Shown: positions 44,894 through 52,725 of the stretch, piece by piece | Layout of the letters: every line of letters starts with the position of its first letter | Position numbering within the stretch: position 1 is the stretch's first letter | Origin: an uncultured bacterium | GTDB taxonomy: Bacteria; Oederibacteriota; PGYV01; CAWJRG01 | Direction of reading: 5' to 3' | NCBI GenBank assembly: GCA_963845185.1 | Contig: CAWJRG010000005.1 | Location: 288,001-352,000 of the forward strand | Length of the DNA stretch: 64,000 nt | Notes under the pieces: model-generated | The model's input: the letters and a program-made list of their open reading frames with translations, nothing else | Told to the model about the DNA's origin: nothing | Databases searched by the model: none | Translations under genes and position numbers: made by a program

Positions 44894-45080
44894 GGAGAGA
44901 TGCCCGAGTGGTCGATGGAGCACGCCTGGAGAGCGTGTGAACCGCAAGGTTCCGGGGGCTTGCGGCCTTTGACGCAAGGCGAACGAGCGCCGAGCGATTA
45001 GCGAGGTGGAGCCGAGCGTAAGCGAGTGAGGGAGGCCTGCGCAACGAGCGGGTAGCGAGCAAAGCAGCCGAATCCCTCTT
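44894..45080 (+). pseudogene. Degenerate tRNA-Ser(GGA) copy with an insert of about 110 nt in the T-loop
   Basis: First 65 nt nearly identical to the tRNA at 45106; insert 44959-45068; then CGAATCCCTCT without an intact acceptor strand or CCA. Confidence 0.75.
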
Positions 45081-45105
45081 ACCTAAATATGGTTTGCTGA
45101 GATAT

Positions 45106-45193
45106 GGAGAGATGTCCGAGTGGTCGATGGAGCACGCCTGGAGAGCGTGTGAGCCGCAAGGTTCCGAGGGTTCGAATCCCTCTCTCTCCGCCA
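45106..45193 (+). tRNA. tRNA-Ser (anticodon GGA)
   Basis: 88 nt, long variable arm, CACGC-CT-GGA-GA-GCGTG, CCA. Confidence 0.95.
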
Positions 45194-45208
45194 GGCTTTA
45201 TATTATTA

Positions 45209-45340
45209 AAGGGATCCGAAACGAACGAGCGCCGAGCGAACAGCGAGGAAAAGTTAGGAGTAGCCGAACGTAAGCAAGTGCGGGATGCCTGCGCAGCGAG
45301 AGAGTAGCGAGCATAGCAGTCGAACCCCTCTCTTTTCGCA
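45209..45340 (+). repeat. tRNA-linked repeat, copy 2
   Basis: Inverted T-arm copy (AAGGGATCCGAA), core similar to 44980-45068, then a degenerate tRNA-Ser 3' end (CGAACCCCTCTCTTTTCGC). Confidence 0.7.
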
Positions 45341-45419
45341 AGAATATTAAACCTTCTTTGGAACACGGAAATACAGATGTTAAAGAAAAAAATCTAATGC
45401 ATTATAATCATTTAAAAAA

Positions 45420-46853
45420 TCAATACTGCCCTATTTGTGTCCATGTATTCCTGCTTATATAGTCTGCCGTTCCAAGTTCCCCGCTTCCGGATCCCGTTGC
45501 CCACAGTGAACCGTCATTTTTTATTGCCAGGCTGTGATATCCGCCTCCTGCTACCACGCTTACCCCGGAAAGGACCTGTACAAAACTATCCCTGTTGTTG
45601 TTATCACCTGTGCCGAGCTCTCCATCATTATTGTACCCCGTTGCCCATAACGTACCGTCGTTTTTTAAAACCAGAGTATGATCTCCGCCTCCATCCATTG
45701 CAGTAACTCCTGTCATAATCTGTATAAATATAGTCCTGTCTGCCAGATCACCTGTGCCAAGCTGCCCATAAAAATTTGCCCCGGCTCCCCATAATGTCCC
45801 GTCATTCATCAACACTAAGCTGTGCCTGAATCCTGCGGCTATGGCACTAATTACTCCAGTTAGTCCGGTTACCTGCGTAAACGCATAACAGGCAGTAGTA
45901 TTTCCTATGCCAAGTTCTCCTTGTTGATTCAACCCGCTTGCCCACAATGTTCCGTCGTTTTTTAATACCAGACTATCGTTTACTCCGCCTGCTATTGCAA
46001 TTACTCCTGACATTCCGGGTACCTGCGCAAATGAATCACTGTTCACGACTCCCATGCCAAGCTGGCCATACTCGCCGTTGCCAACTCCCCATAGTGTACC
46101 GTCATTTTCTATTGCTAAGGTATAATTTCCTTTTCCTGTAATGGCGGTTGCCCCTGTCAATAATTGTGTAAATGAATAGTATATTACACTGCCGCAGGCG
46201 TCCATGACGCCTGTTATCCAGACTGTTCCGTCATTTTTTAATATTGAGCTATGATTGCTTCCTCCTGTAAATTCATTTACGCCTGACACTGCCTGCACAA
46301 ATACGCAGCTGTTAAGTGTATTACCCAGCCCGAGTTGCCCGTTAGCGTTATCGCCGGCTACCCATAACGTTCCGTCACTTTTTAATGCCAAGCTATGAAA
46401 TTGTCCGCCCGCTATTTTTGCCGCATCAAATACCGGGACCGTTACTGTTATTGTCGGAGTAGCTGAAAAAGTTGAACCGGGAGGGACCGGTGTATCCGTT
46501 GAAGTCCCTGTATCTCCCGGGGTTCTTGTCGGGAACATCGTTATTGTTGTTGTAATTGTGGGGGTATTTGTAAATGTTGAACAATTGGTGCAGGAAATCG
46601 TAACCGAGCATGTAAAAGTATTTTGCAGAACAATTGTCAGTGTGCTTGTCGCCGTATACATTGCCGTCGCACTCGGCGTTGGTGTCTTCGTATATGTAAA
46701 TACCGGCGATTGCTGTGTTTGTATCTGCGTATTCGTTATTGCTGGAGTGTTTTTTGCCTGTGGTTCCGTTGGAACCGGTAATTTTCTGCAGCATCCATTG
46801 ATTATTATTATCCCGATTAAGATTATAACTATTGAAAACCATATTCTTTTCAT
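45420..46853 (-). CDS. Lipoprotein with Thr-rich linker and RCC1-like beta-propeller
   Basis: Lipobox-like IINGCC; repeats of AGG.HSL.LK.DGTLW..G.N..GQLG.G. Confidence 0.85.
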   Translation of the reverse strand: MKRIWFSIVIILIGIIIINGCCRKLPVPTEPQAKNTPAITNTQIQTQQSPVFTYTKTPTPSATAMYTATSTLTIVLQNTFTCSVTISCTNCSTFTNTPTITTTITMFPTRTPGDTGTSTDTPVPPGSTFSATPTITVTVPVFDAAKIAGGQFHSLALKSDGTLWVAGDNANGQLGLGNTLNSCVFVQAVSGVNEFTGGSNHSSILKNDGTVWITGVMDACGSVIYYSFTQLLTGATAITGKGNYTLAIENDGTLWGVGNGEYGQLGMGVVNSDSFAQVPGMSGVIAIAGGVNDSLVLKNDGTLWASGLNQQGELGIGNTTACYAFTQVTGLTGVISAIAAGFRHSLVLMNDGTLWGAGANFYGQLGTGDLADRTIFIQIMTGVTAMDGGGDHTLVLKNDGTLWATGYNNDGELGTGDNNNRDSFVQVLSGVSVVAGGGYHSLAIKNDGSLWATGSGSGELGTADYISRNTWTQIGQY

Positions 46854-46882
46854 ATCAGAACCTCTATTTATTTCTTTCTTAT

Positions 46883-46910
46883 TTAGACAATTTTTACCAG
46901 AAAAAGTTCC
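46883..46910 (-). promoter_or_regulatory. ECF-sigma-type promoter GGAAC-N17-GTCTAA
   Basis: ttagac 46883-46888, 17 nt, gttcc 46906-46910. Confidence 0.75.
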
Positions 46911-47076
46911 AATTATTTTAAAATTGTTGTTTGTGCTTTTTAAATATCCTTATTTTATGGAATATGATGAGAAAATTACAGGTTAAAGATATATCTGGGT
47001 CTTTTGCCGAAAGCAAATCTTTATAAAAACTTAAAAATCGAAATCAAAAATCGAAGATATTATATGTTTCAGAATA

Positions 47077-47529
47077 TTATTTTTGTCTTTTCCTTTTAAA
47101 AAACTTTTTTATTATTTCCGCACATTCTTTTTGCATTACACCTTTTATTACCTTAACTTTATGATTGTTCTTTTTGTTGTTTATTATTTTATAAACACTA
47201 CCGCATGCTCCGGTTTTCGGATCGTCTGCGCCAAAGACAAGCTTACCAACTCGCGCTAGTATGATCGCTCCTGCGCACATTGCGCAGGGTTCTATAGTAA
47301 CATATAAGCTTGTGCCTATCAATCTCTCGCTATTTAATTTTTTTGATGCTTTTTGAATTGCCAGAATTTCGGCATGGCCTGCCGGATTTTTTTTGCTTTT
47401 TATTAAATTATGCGCTCTGCTAATTATCTTTTCGTTTTGAACTATTACAGCGCCTACAGGTACCTCGTCTTTTTTATAGGCTTTTTCAGCCTCTTTTAAT
47501 GCCTCTTTCATATAATAAGTATGTTTCAT
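47077..47529 (-). CDS. tadA: tRNA adenosine(34) deaminase
   Basis: EVPVGAVIV, HAE, EPCAMC; ATG 47529 follows GGAG. Confidence 0.92.
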   Translation of the reverse strand: MKHTYYMKEALKEAEKAYKKDEVPVGAVIVQNEKIISRAHNLIKSKKNPAGHAEILAIQKASKKLNSERLIGTSLYVTIEPCAMCAGAIILARVGKLVFGADDPKTGACGSVYKIINNKKNNHKVKVIKGVMQKECAEIIKKFFKRKRQK

Positions 47530-47573
47530 TATTTCTCCGATTTTATTTGGTTTCTGCTGCTGCTTCACCTTCA

Positions 47574-47605
47574 CCCTCACCCTAACCTTCTCCCGTCGAG
47601 GGAGA
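47574..47605 (+). repeat. CCCTCACCCTAACC-type palindromic repeat interrupted by the IS
   Basis: CCCTCACCCTAACCTTCTCCC-gtcga-GGGAGA, continuing as AGGGGAT at 48884. Confidence 0.7.
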
Positions 47606-48883
47606 GGTAATATGAAAAGAAGGCACCCCCAGGTATAATGGTAACGTGGCGTGTGTTAGCACCCACAACATTAAAAACCTAGGAGGTGCCGTATGTTGTA
47701 TCTTGGTGTGGACGTGCACAAGAACGTGTCTTATGTTACAGCGGTGACAAAAGAAGGTCAAGTCAGATTTAGAGGAGCTCTTTCAAACAGGACAGAGGAT
47801 TTTAAGAAAATGCTGGCTGAGATTGGAGAGGAATGCGAAGCGGTAATTGAGACAACGTACTGCTGGGGAGTAGTGTACGACCTTTTGGAGGAACTCGGCG
47901 TAAAGACAAAATTGGCGCATGCGCAGAAGCTGAGAGCGATAGCGGAAAGCCAGATAAAAAACGATGTAAGGGATTCGGAGATATTGGCCCATTTGTTGAG
48001 AGCAAATTTAATACCGGAAGTATATGTGCCGTCGAAGGAAATAAGGCTTAAGAAGAACATATTAAGAGAGAGGCAATTCCTGGTGAGCACACGGACAGCT
48101 GTAAAAAATAGGGTGCACCAGTTATTGACAAGGAACCATATAGATACAAGCGTACACAGCGATTTGTTTGGGAAAAAAGGCAGGGACACAATAGAAAGAG
48201 TCGAACTGGTAAAAAGCGAACGTGAATTGCTGAACCTCGAGATGCATTTGGTGGACGAACTTAATACAGGAATAAAGGCAACAGAAAAACTTGCAAAAGA
48301 AATGACAGGGAAAGATAGATATGTGGAAATAATAAAGACGGTACCTGGATTTGGAGAAGTTCTTTCAAAGGTAGTGGCGTTTGAAATAGTTGATATAAAT
48401 AGATTCTCTAAGGCAAAACGATTAGCGTCATATGCCGGATTGGTTCCAAGCGAATATGCGAGTAATAAAACAATACATAGAGGTCCGATAATAAGGCAGG
48501 CAAACAAACATTTAAAATGTGCGTTTGTAGAAGCAGCTTGGACAGCGGTAAGAAGTTCTTTGTATTTTAAATCAATATACTTGAACGTAAAAAGCCGCAG
48601 AGGTTCAAACAAGGCAATAATAGCAGTTGCAAGGCACATGGCAGAAATAATATTTAAAATGCTCAAAGAAAATCGTGGTTATGAAGAAAGGATATATAAA
48701 AAATATACTTATAGGCCGCTCTGTTTTCCCCTGAGTCAGTAAATCTTCTGGGCTGTGGGAGAGGTTAGAGGGCCTTAATTTGATTTGTTATAATGCCGGG
48801 TGAAAAGAACTGCGGCGAAGAGAAGGTTAATTAACATTTTAGCCCTTATACTTGGATTTGTGCTTGACAAGCCTTTTCAGAGA
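47606..48883 (+). mobile_element. IS110-family element, probably IS1111 subgroup, 1278 bp
   Basis: GAGA at both junctions; subterminal inverted repeat TGAAAAG (47613) / CTTTTCA (48873); outward TTGACA at 48864; non-coding right end of about 140 nt; removal restores the target palindrome. Confidence 0.85.
47693..48742 (+). CDS. IS110-family transposase/recombinase
   Basis: LGVDVHK, IET, KNDVRDS (DEDD residues); TVPGFG, LASYAGLVP.EYAS, IIAVARH. Confidence 0.93.
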   Translation: MLYLGVDVHKNVSYVTAVTKEGQVRFRGALSNRTEDFKKMLAEIGEECEAVIETTYCWGVVYDLLEELGVKTKLAHAQKLRAIAESQIKNDVRDSEILAHLLRANLIPEVYVPSKEIRLKKNILRERQFLVSTRTAVKNRVHQLLTRNHIDTSVHSDLFGKKGRDTIERVELVKSERELLNLEMHLVDELNTGIKATEKLAKEMTGKDRYVEIIKTVPGFGEVLSKVVAFEIVDINRFSKAKRLASYAGLVPSEYASNKTIHRGPIIRQANKHLKCAFVEAAWTAVRSSLYFKSIYLNVKSRRGSNKAIIAVARHMAEIIFKMLKENRGYEERIYKKYTYRPLCFPLSQ

Positions 48884-48916
48884 AGGGGATACTTATTCTA
48901 ACAACACTCCCCCGTT

Positions 48917-50758
48917 TTAATCTCCAAGATCAGCGGTTGCTATTTCCTTTTGCCCAGATATCTTTACTTTCTCCGGCTTGTGAATCCATCCGAATTTTTT
49001 TATGTATAAATACCATTTTACAAAGCAGTCTGCCACAATTATTACTACCAATATAAGCATCAACGCGGATAAAAAAGCGTTGAGATTGCCGTTAAAATTC
49101 TTCGCGGACAGATAGTTGTTAAATATATTCTCCAAACCTGCGGTCACAGTTGTCACCAGCATAAAAAGCATCGGAATAAAAGTGACAAGCCCGTATGCCT
49201 TGTTCCTGTTGTTTTTCATTATTACCGATGTCCCGATTGCGAGCGCCGCGGTCGCCAGAAGCTGGTTTGCCACTCCAAACATGGGCCAGATAGTGGATAT
49301 ATCCCCGTTATACACGAGATAACCCCACGAGAAAACTATTACAGCGCTTGTAATGACAACGCCCGGCACCCATTTCCTGTCGCCGAGTTTTTTAACAGCA
49401 CTCCCGGAAATATCCTGCAGTATATACCTCGCTACCCTTGTGCCTGCGTCTATTGTGGTAAGGATAAAAAGCGCCTCGAACATTATAATAAAATGGTACC
49501 AGTACCCCATCAGGGTTTTCATCCCGGGTATACCCGAAAATATATGCGCCATGCCCACAGCAAGCGATACTGCGCCTCCTGGCCTGCCTGCGACGTTTTC
49601 CTGAACCATTGCCGAAAGGTTGGCCAGATTAACAGGAGTCAGCGCGAGTTTCGCAAAAACTTCAGGCTTGCAGTTGATGGCAAAATAATCCGCAGGTACA
49701 AGCGCGGTTGCCGCTATCAGGGCCATTACAGAAACAAAACCTTCCACAAGCATGGCGCCGTAGCCTATCGCAGGCATGTCTTTTTCGCTGTTTATCATTT
49801 TAGGGGTCGTGCCTGATGATATCAGGGCATGAAACCCGGATATTGCCCCGCAGGCTATTGTTATGCATACGTAGGGCCAAACCTTGCCCGGTATTATTGG
49901 CCCTCCGCCGTGAATAAAAGGCGTAAATGCCGGCATCTGTATTTTCGGCATTACAAAAAATATGCCTATTGCCAGCAACCCTACTGTCCCAAGTTTGAGG
50001 TATGAACTTATATAATCCCTTGGCACAAGCAATAGCCACACAGGAAGCACAGAAGCAAAAAATCCGTATACCGCAAGCATGATTGCCAGTTGTTTCTTGT
50101 CGTATGTAAAAGCCGCTGCCATGCCGGAATGCTGGATATAATGGCCGAAGAACACGCCAAAAAGAAGAAGCGCCACGCCTATCGCAGATGCCTCGATTAT
50201 TTTATCCTTGCGCAGCTTTGTCATGTAAATACCCACAAGCATTGCTGTCGGTATTGTCACCGCTATTGTGAATGTGCCCCATGCGCTCGCCGAAAGCGCA
50301 TTTACTACTGCTATGGACAAACCTGCGAGGGCCGTTATAATAATGAAGAGTACCCCTGCTGCTGTTGCTCCGCCTGTGATTTTTCCTACATAATCACGTG
50401 CTATGTGATGAAGCGAGGCTCCGTTATGCCTCACAGACGCGAAAAGGATTACGTAGTCATGCACAGCCCCTGCCAGGACCGCTCCTATAAGAATCCAGAG
50501 AAAACCGGGCAAAAAACCGAATTGCGCTGCCAGAACAGGCCCTATTAAAGGCCCTGCGCCGGCAATCGCAGCAAAATGATGGCCGAATAGCACAAATTTA
50601 TTTGTAGGCAGATAATCATGCCCATCCTCTAATTTATATGCCGGGGTTTTCCTTTTTGGATCTATGGCAAGTACTTTTGCCGCCAAAAAAGCCGAATAAA
50701 ACCTGTATGCTAGGGTAAAAACAAGTAAAGTGATTATTAAAATAATTACGGCGTTAAT
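48917..50758 (-). CDS. cstA: Carbon starvation protein A family transporter
   Basis: LFGHHFAAIAGAGPLIGP, ACGAISGFH; the frame extends upstream to an ATT codon at 50758 (then NAVIILII...AYRFYS) behind GAGGTG. Confidence 0.9.
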   Translation of the reverse strand: MNAVIILIITLLVFTLAYRFYSAFLAAKVLAIDPKRKTPAYKLEDGHDYLPTNKFVLFGHHFAAIAGAGPLIGPVLAAQFGFLPGFLWILIGAVLAGAVHDYVILFASVRHNGASLHHIARDYVGKITGGATAAGVLFIIITALAGLSIAVVNALSASAWGTFTIAVTIPTAMLVGIYMTKLRKDKIIEASAIGVALLLFGVFFGHYIQHSGMAAAFTYDKKQLAIMLAVYGFFASVLPVWLLLVPRDYISSYLKLGTVGLLAIGIFFVMPKIQMPAFTPFIHGGGPIIPGKVWPYVCITIACGAISGFHALISSGTTPKMINSEKDMPAIGYGAMLVEGFVSVMALIAATALVPADYFAINCKPEVFAKLALTPVNLANLSAMVQENVAGRPGGAVSLAVGMAHIFSGIPGMKTLMGYWYHFIIMFEALFILTTIDAGTRVARYILQDISGSAVKKLGDRKWVPGVVITSAVIVFSWGYLVYNGDISTIWPMFGVANQLLATAALAIGTSVIMKNNRNKAYGLVTFIPMLFMLVTTVTAGLENIFNNYLSAKNFNGNLNAFLSALMLILVVIIVADCFVKWYLYIKKFGWIHKPEKVKISGQKEIATADLGD

Positions 50759-50812
50759 GATGGCACCTCATAAATAATTTTTAATACAGTCAGTTATTAA
50801 CCCCCTGTTTAT

Positions 50813-51133
50813 TTATTGATTTTTTGGCGTATCTTTCTTTCCAAAAAGCTTTTCTATTGCCTCCCCCATATGCTTAAAAGCCCTGCCTATTTTTCTGCCT
50901 ATCCTAGTTATGATATTTCCAGTTGATTTTTCTACTGCGCCAGCAGTGTACGTAGTTGCCTCGGCAGCGACCTTTACCGCCTTCTCAGTGTTTTTTTCTA
51001 CAACTTTAACTTCCTTGCCTGTGTCTTTTGCAAGCTTTTTAACGTCTTTTGTGATTTTCCCTTCGGATTGATCCGCGTAAACACCTGCTGTCAAAACTAA
51101 AACTACTGCCAACAACACTGTAATTCTTTTCAT
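50813..51133 (-). CDS. Small secreted hypothetical protein (Lys-rich, helical)
   Basis: Signal peptide ending VYA; GGAGGTG RBS. Confidence 0.7.
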   Translation of the reverse strand: MKRITVLLAVVLVLTAGVYADQSEGKITKDVKKLAKDTGKEVKVVEKNTEKAVKVAAEATTYTAGAVEKSTGNIITRIGRKIGRAFKHMGEAIEKLFGKKDTPKNQ

Positions 51134-51349
51134 CTCACACCTCCGGCTTAAATACCCTGTAACAATTTTTCTACAGGGTTGTTTTCTACGGGAACGCTTT
51201 TTTATTTATACAATAATTTAAAGCTTTTAGCAATATTGAATTAATTAATAAGGCAGGTAAACGAGGGATAACCCACAATTAATTATATTTGATATAAAAG
51301 CAACAAAATGCTCTAATTTAGAAATATACTTTAAAATTGCTTAATATTA

Positions 51350-52546
51350 TTACGGCGTAAATTTTACTATTCTTTTGTTTCCGGAATCTGCCACATACAC
51401 CGAGCCTGCATTGTCCGCTGCAATACCTACAGCCCACATGGCAAACTGCATATTGCCGCTTCCCTGACTTCCCCATTGTGCTATATAGTTGCCTAAAGAA
51501 TCAAATTCCTGCACCCTGTAATTAAAAGAATCAAGTACAAACACATAGCCTGAGCTGTTTACGGTAACTGCGTAAGGAGACTTAAATTGCCCGTTTAAAG
51601 TTCCTTGAGTTCCCCATTGTGTTATATAATTACCTGATAAGTCAAATTTCTGTATTCTGTTATTTCCGGTATCAGCAACATATACTGCTGCATTTGCAAT
51701 ATCACCCGCTATACCATATGGATAACTAAAATTTCCGTTTCCGCTTCCTGTACTTCCCCATTGCAATATATATGCTCCGGTTGACGAAAATTTTTCTATC
51801 CTGTTGCTGTATGTATCTGTCACATATACCGAGCCTGCACTATCCACTGCTATGCCGTAGGGTACCATAGTGCCCGGTCCCTGGACTCCCCATTGTGTAA
51901 TATAATTGCCTAATAAGTCAAATTTTTGTATTCGGTAATTATATATATCCACTACATATACTGCTGAATTAATTTTATCCACTGCTATCCCGTACGGCAT
52001 ATTAAATTGCCCGTTGCCGCTTCCGGCGCTGCCCCACTGGGTTATTGAATTTCCATTTGAATCATATTTTTGCACCGCAAAACCATCAGAAGTGCCGCAA
52101 GTCCATTGTGTAACATATACATTATTACTGCTGTCTGCTGCTATGCCCATAGGTGTGCTTACCGGCGTTGTCCCTATTCCCGTGCAATACCACGCTGAAT
52201 TTACCGGCGTAAGCGTAGATGTTGCTGTCGGAGTTTGTGTCCCGGTAAGACAGTCACATGTATTTGTATATGTAGGTGTTTTTTGCGGCGTTATTGCGCC
52301 CGTACAGCAGCCAGTTATTGTTATTGTAAATGTTGGCGTATTTTGAGGCGTGTTTGTTGCTTTATTTGTAGGTGTGTTTGTCAAAACCGGCGTGCCTGTT
52401 ATTATTCCCGTAGGTGAATTTATAGTTACCGCCGTATTTGTTGCCGCAGGCGCTGTTGGACCCGGTAATTTTTTACAGCATCCGGCAATCATTGCAATAC
52501 TTGCAGAAAAAATAATCATACATACCAGTAACATGTTTCTTTTCAT
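51350..52546 (-). CDS. Lipoprotein with Thr-rich linker and NHL-repeat beta-propeller
   Basis: MIAGCC lipobox; repeats of GQF..PYGIAVD...VYV.D..N.RIQKF. Confidence 0.88.
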   Translation of the reverse strand: MKRNMLLVCMIIFSASIAMIAGCCKKLPGPTAPAATNTAVTINSPTGIITGTPVLTNTPTNKATNTPQNTPTFTITITGCCTGAITPQKTPTYTNTCDCLTGTQTPTATSTLTPVNSAWYCTGIGTTPVSTPMGIAADSSNNVYVTQWTCGTSDGFAVQKYDSNGNSITQWGSAGSGNGQFNMPYGIAVDKINSAVYVVDIYNYRIQKFDLLGNYITQWGVQGPGTMVPYGIAVDSAGSVYVTDTYSNRIEKFSSTGAYILQWGSTGSGNGNFSYPYGIAGDIANAAVYVADTGNNRIQKFDLSGNYITQWGTQGTLNGQFKSPYAVTVNSSGYVFVLDSFNYRVQEFDSLGNYIAQWGSQGSGNMQFAMWAVGIAADNAGSVYVADSGNKRIVKFTP

Positions 52547-52622
52547 TTTACGCCTCCATTGATTTTTTTACTTCTATCACACAATAAGCGCTTTGTCAAA
52601 TTACATAATCTTTGGATATGTA

Positions 52623-52650
52623 TTAGACAATTTTCATAAAAAAAAGTTCC
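52623..52650 (-). promoter_or_regulatory. ECF-sigma-type promoter GGAAC-N17-GTCTAA
   Basis: ttagac 52623-52628, 17 nt, gttcc 52646-52650; flanking sequence also resembles 46883-46935. Confidence 0.75.
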
Positions 52651-52725
52651 AATTATTTTGAAAATAATTGTTTGCAAAGGTTCGGGGCATGAAAAAATCG
52701 CGGCTTATAGCCAAGCAATTTATAA

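Noticed and set aside
44732..45366. Short ORFs overlapping the tRNA-Ser region, and 58306..58854 near tRNA-Arg
   Set aside because: They overlap tRNAs, repeats or real genes and lack coding signals.
47758..48666. 302-aa ORF antisense to the transposase
   Set aside because: It has no recognisable motifs and fully overlaps a clear gene.
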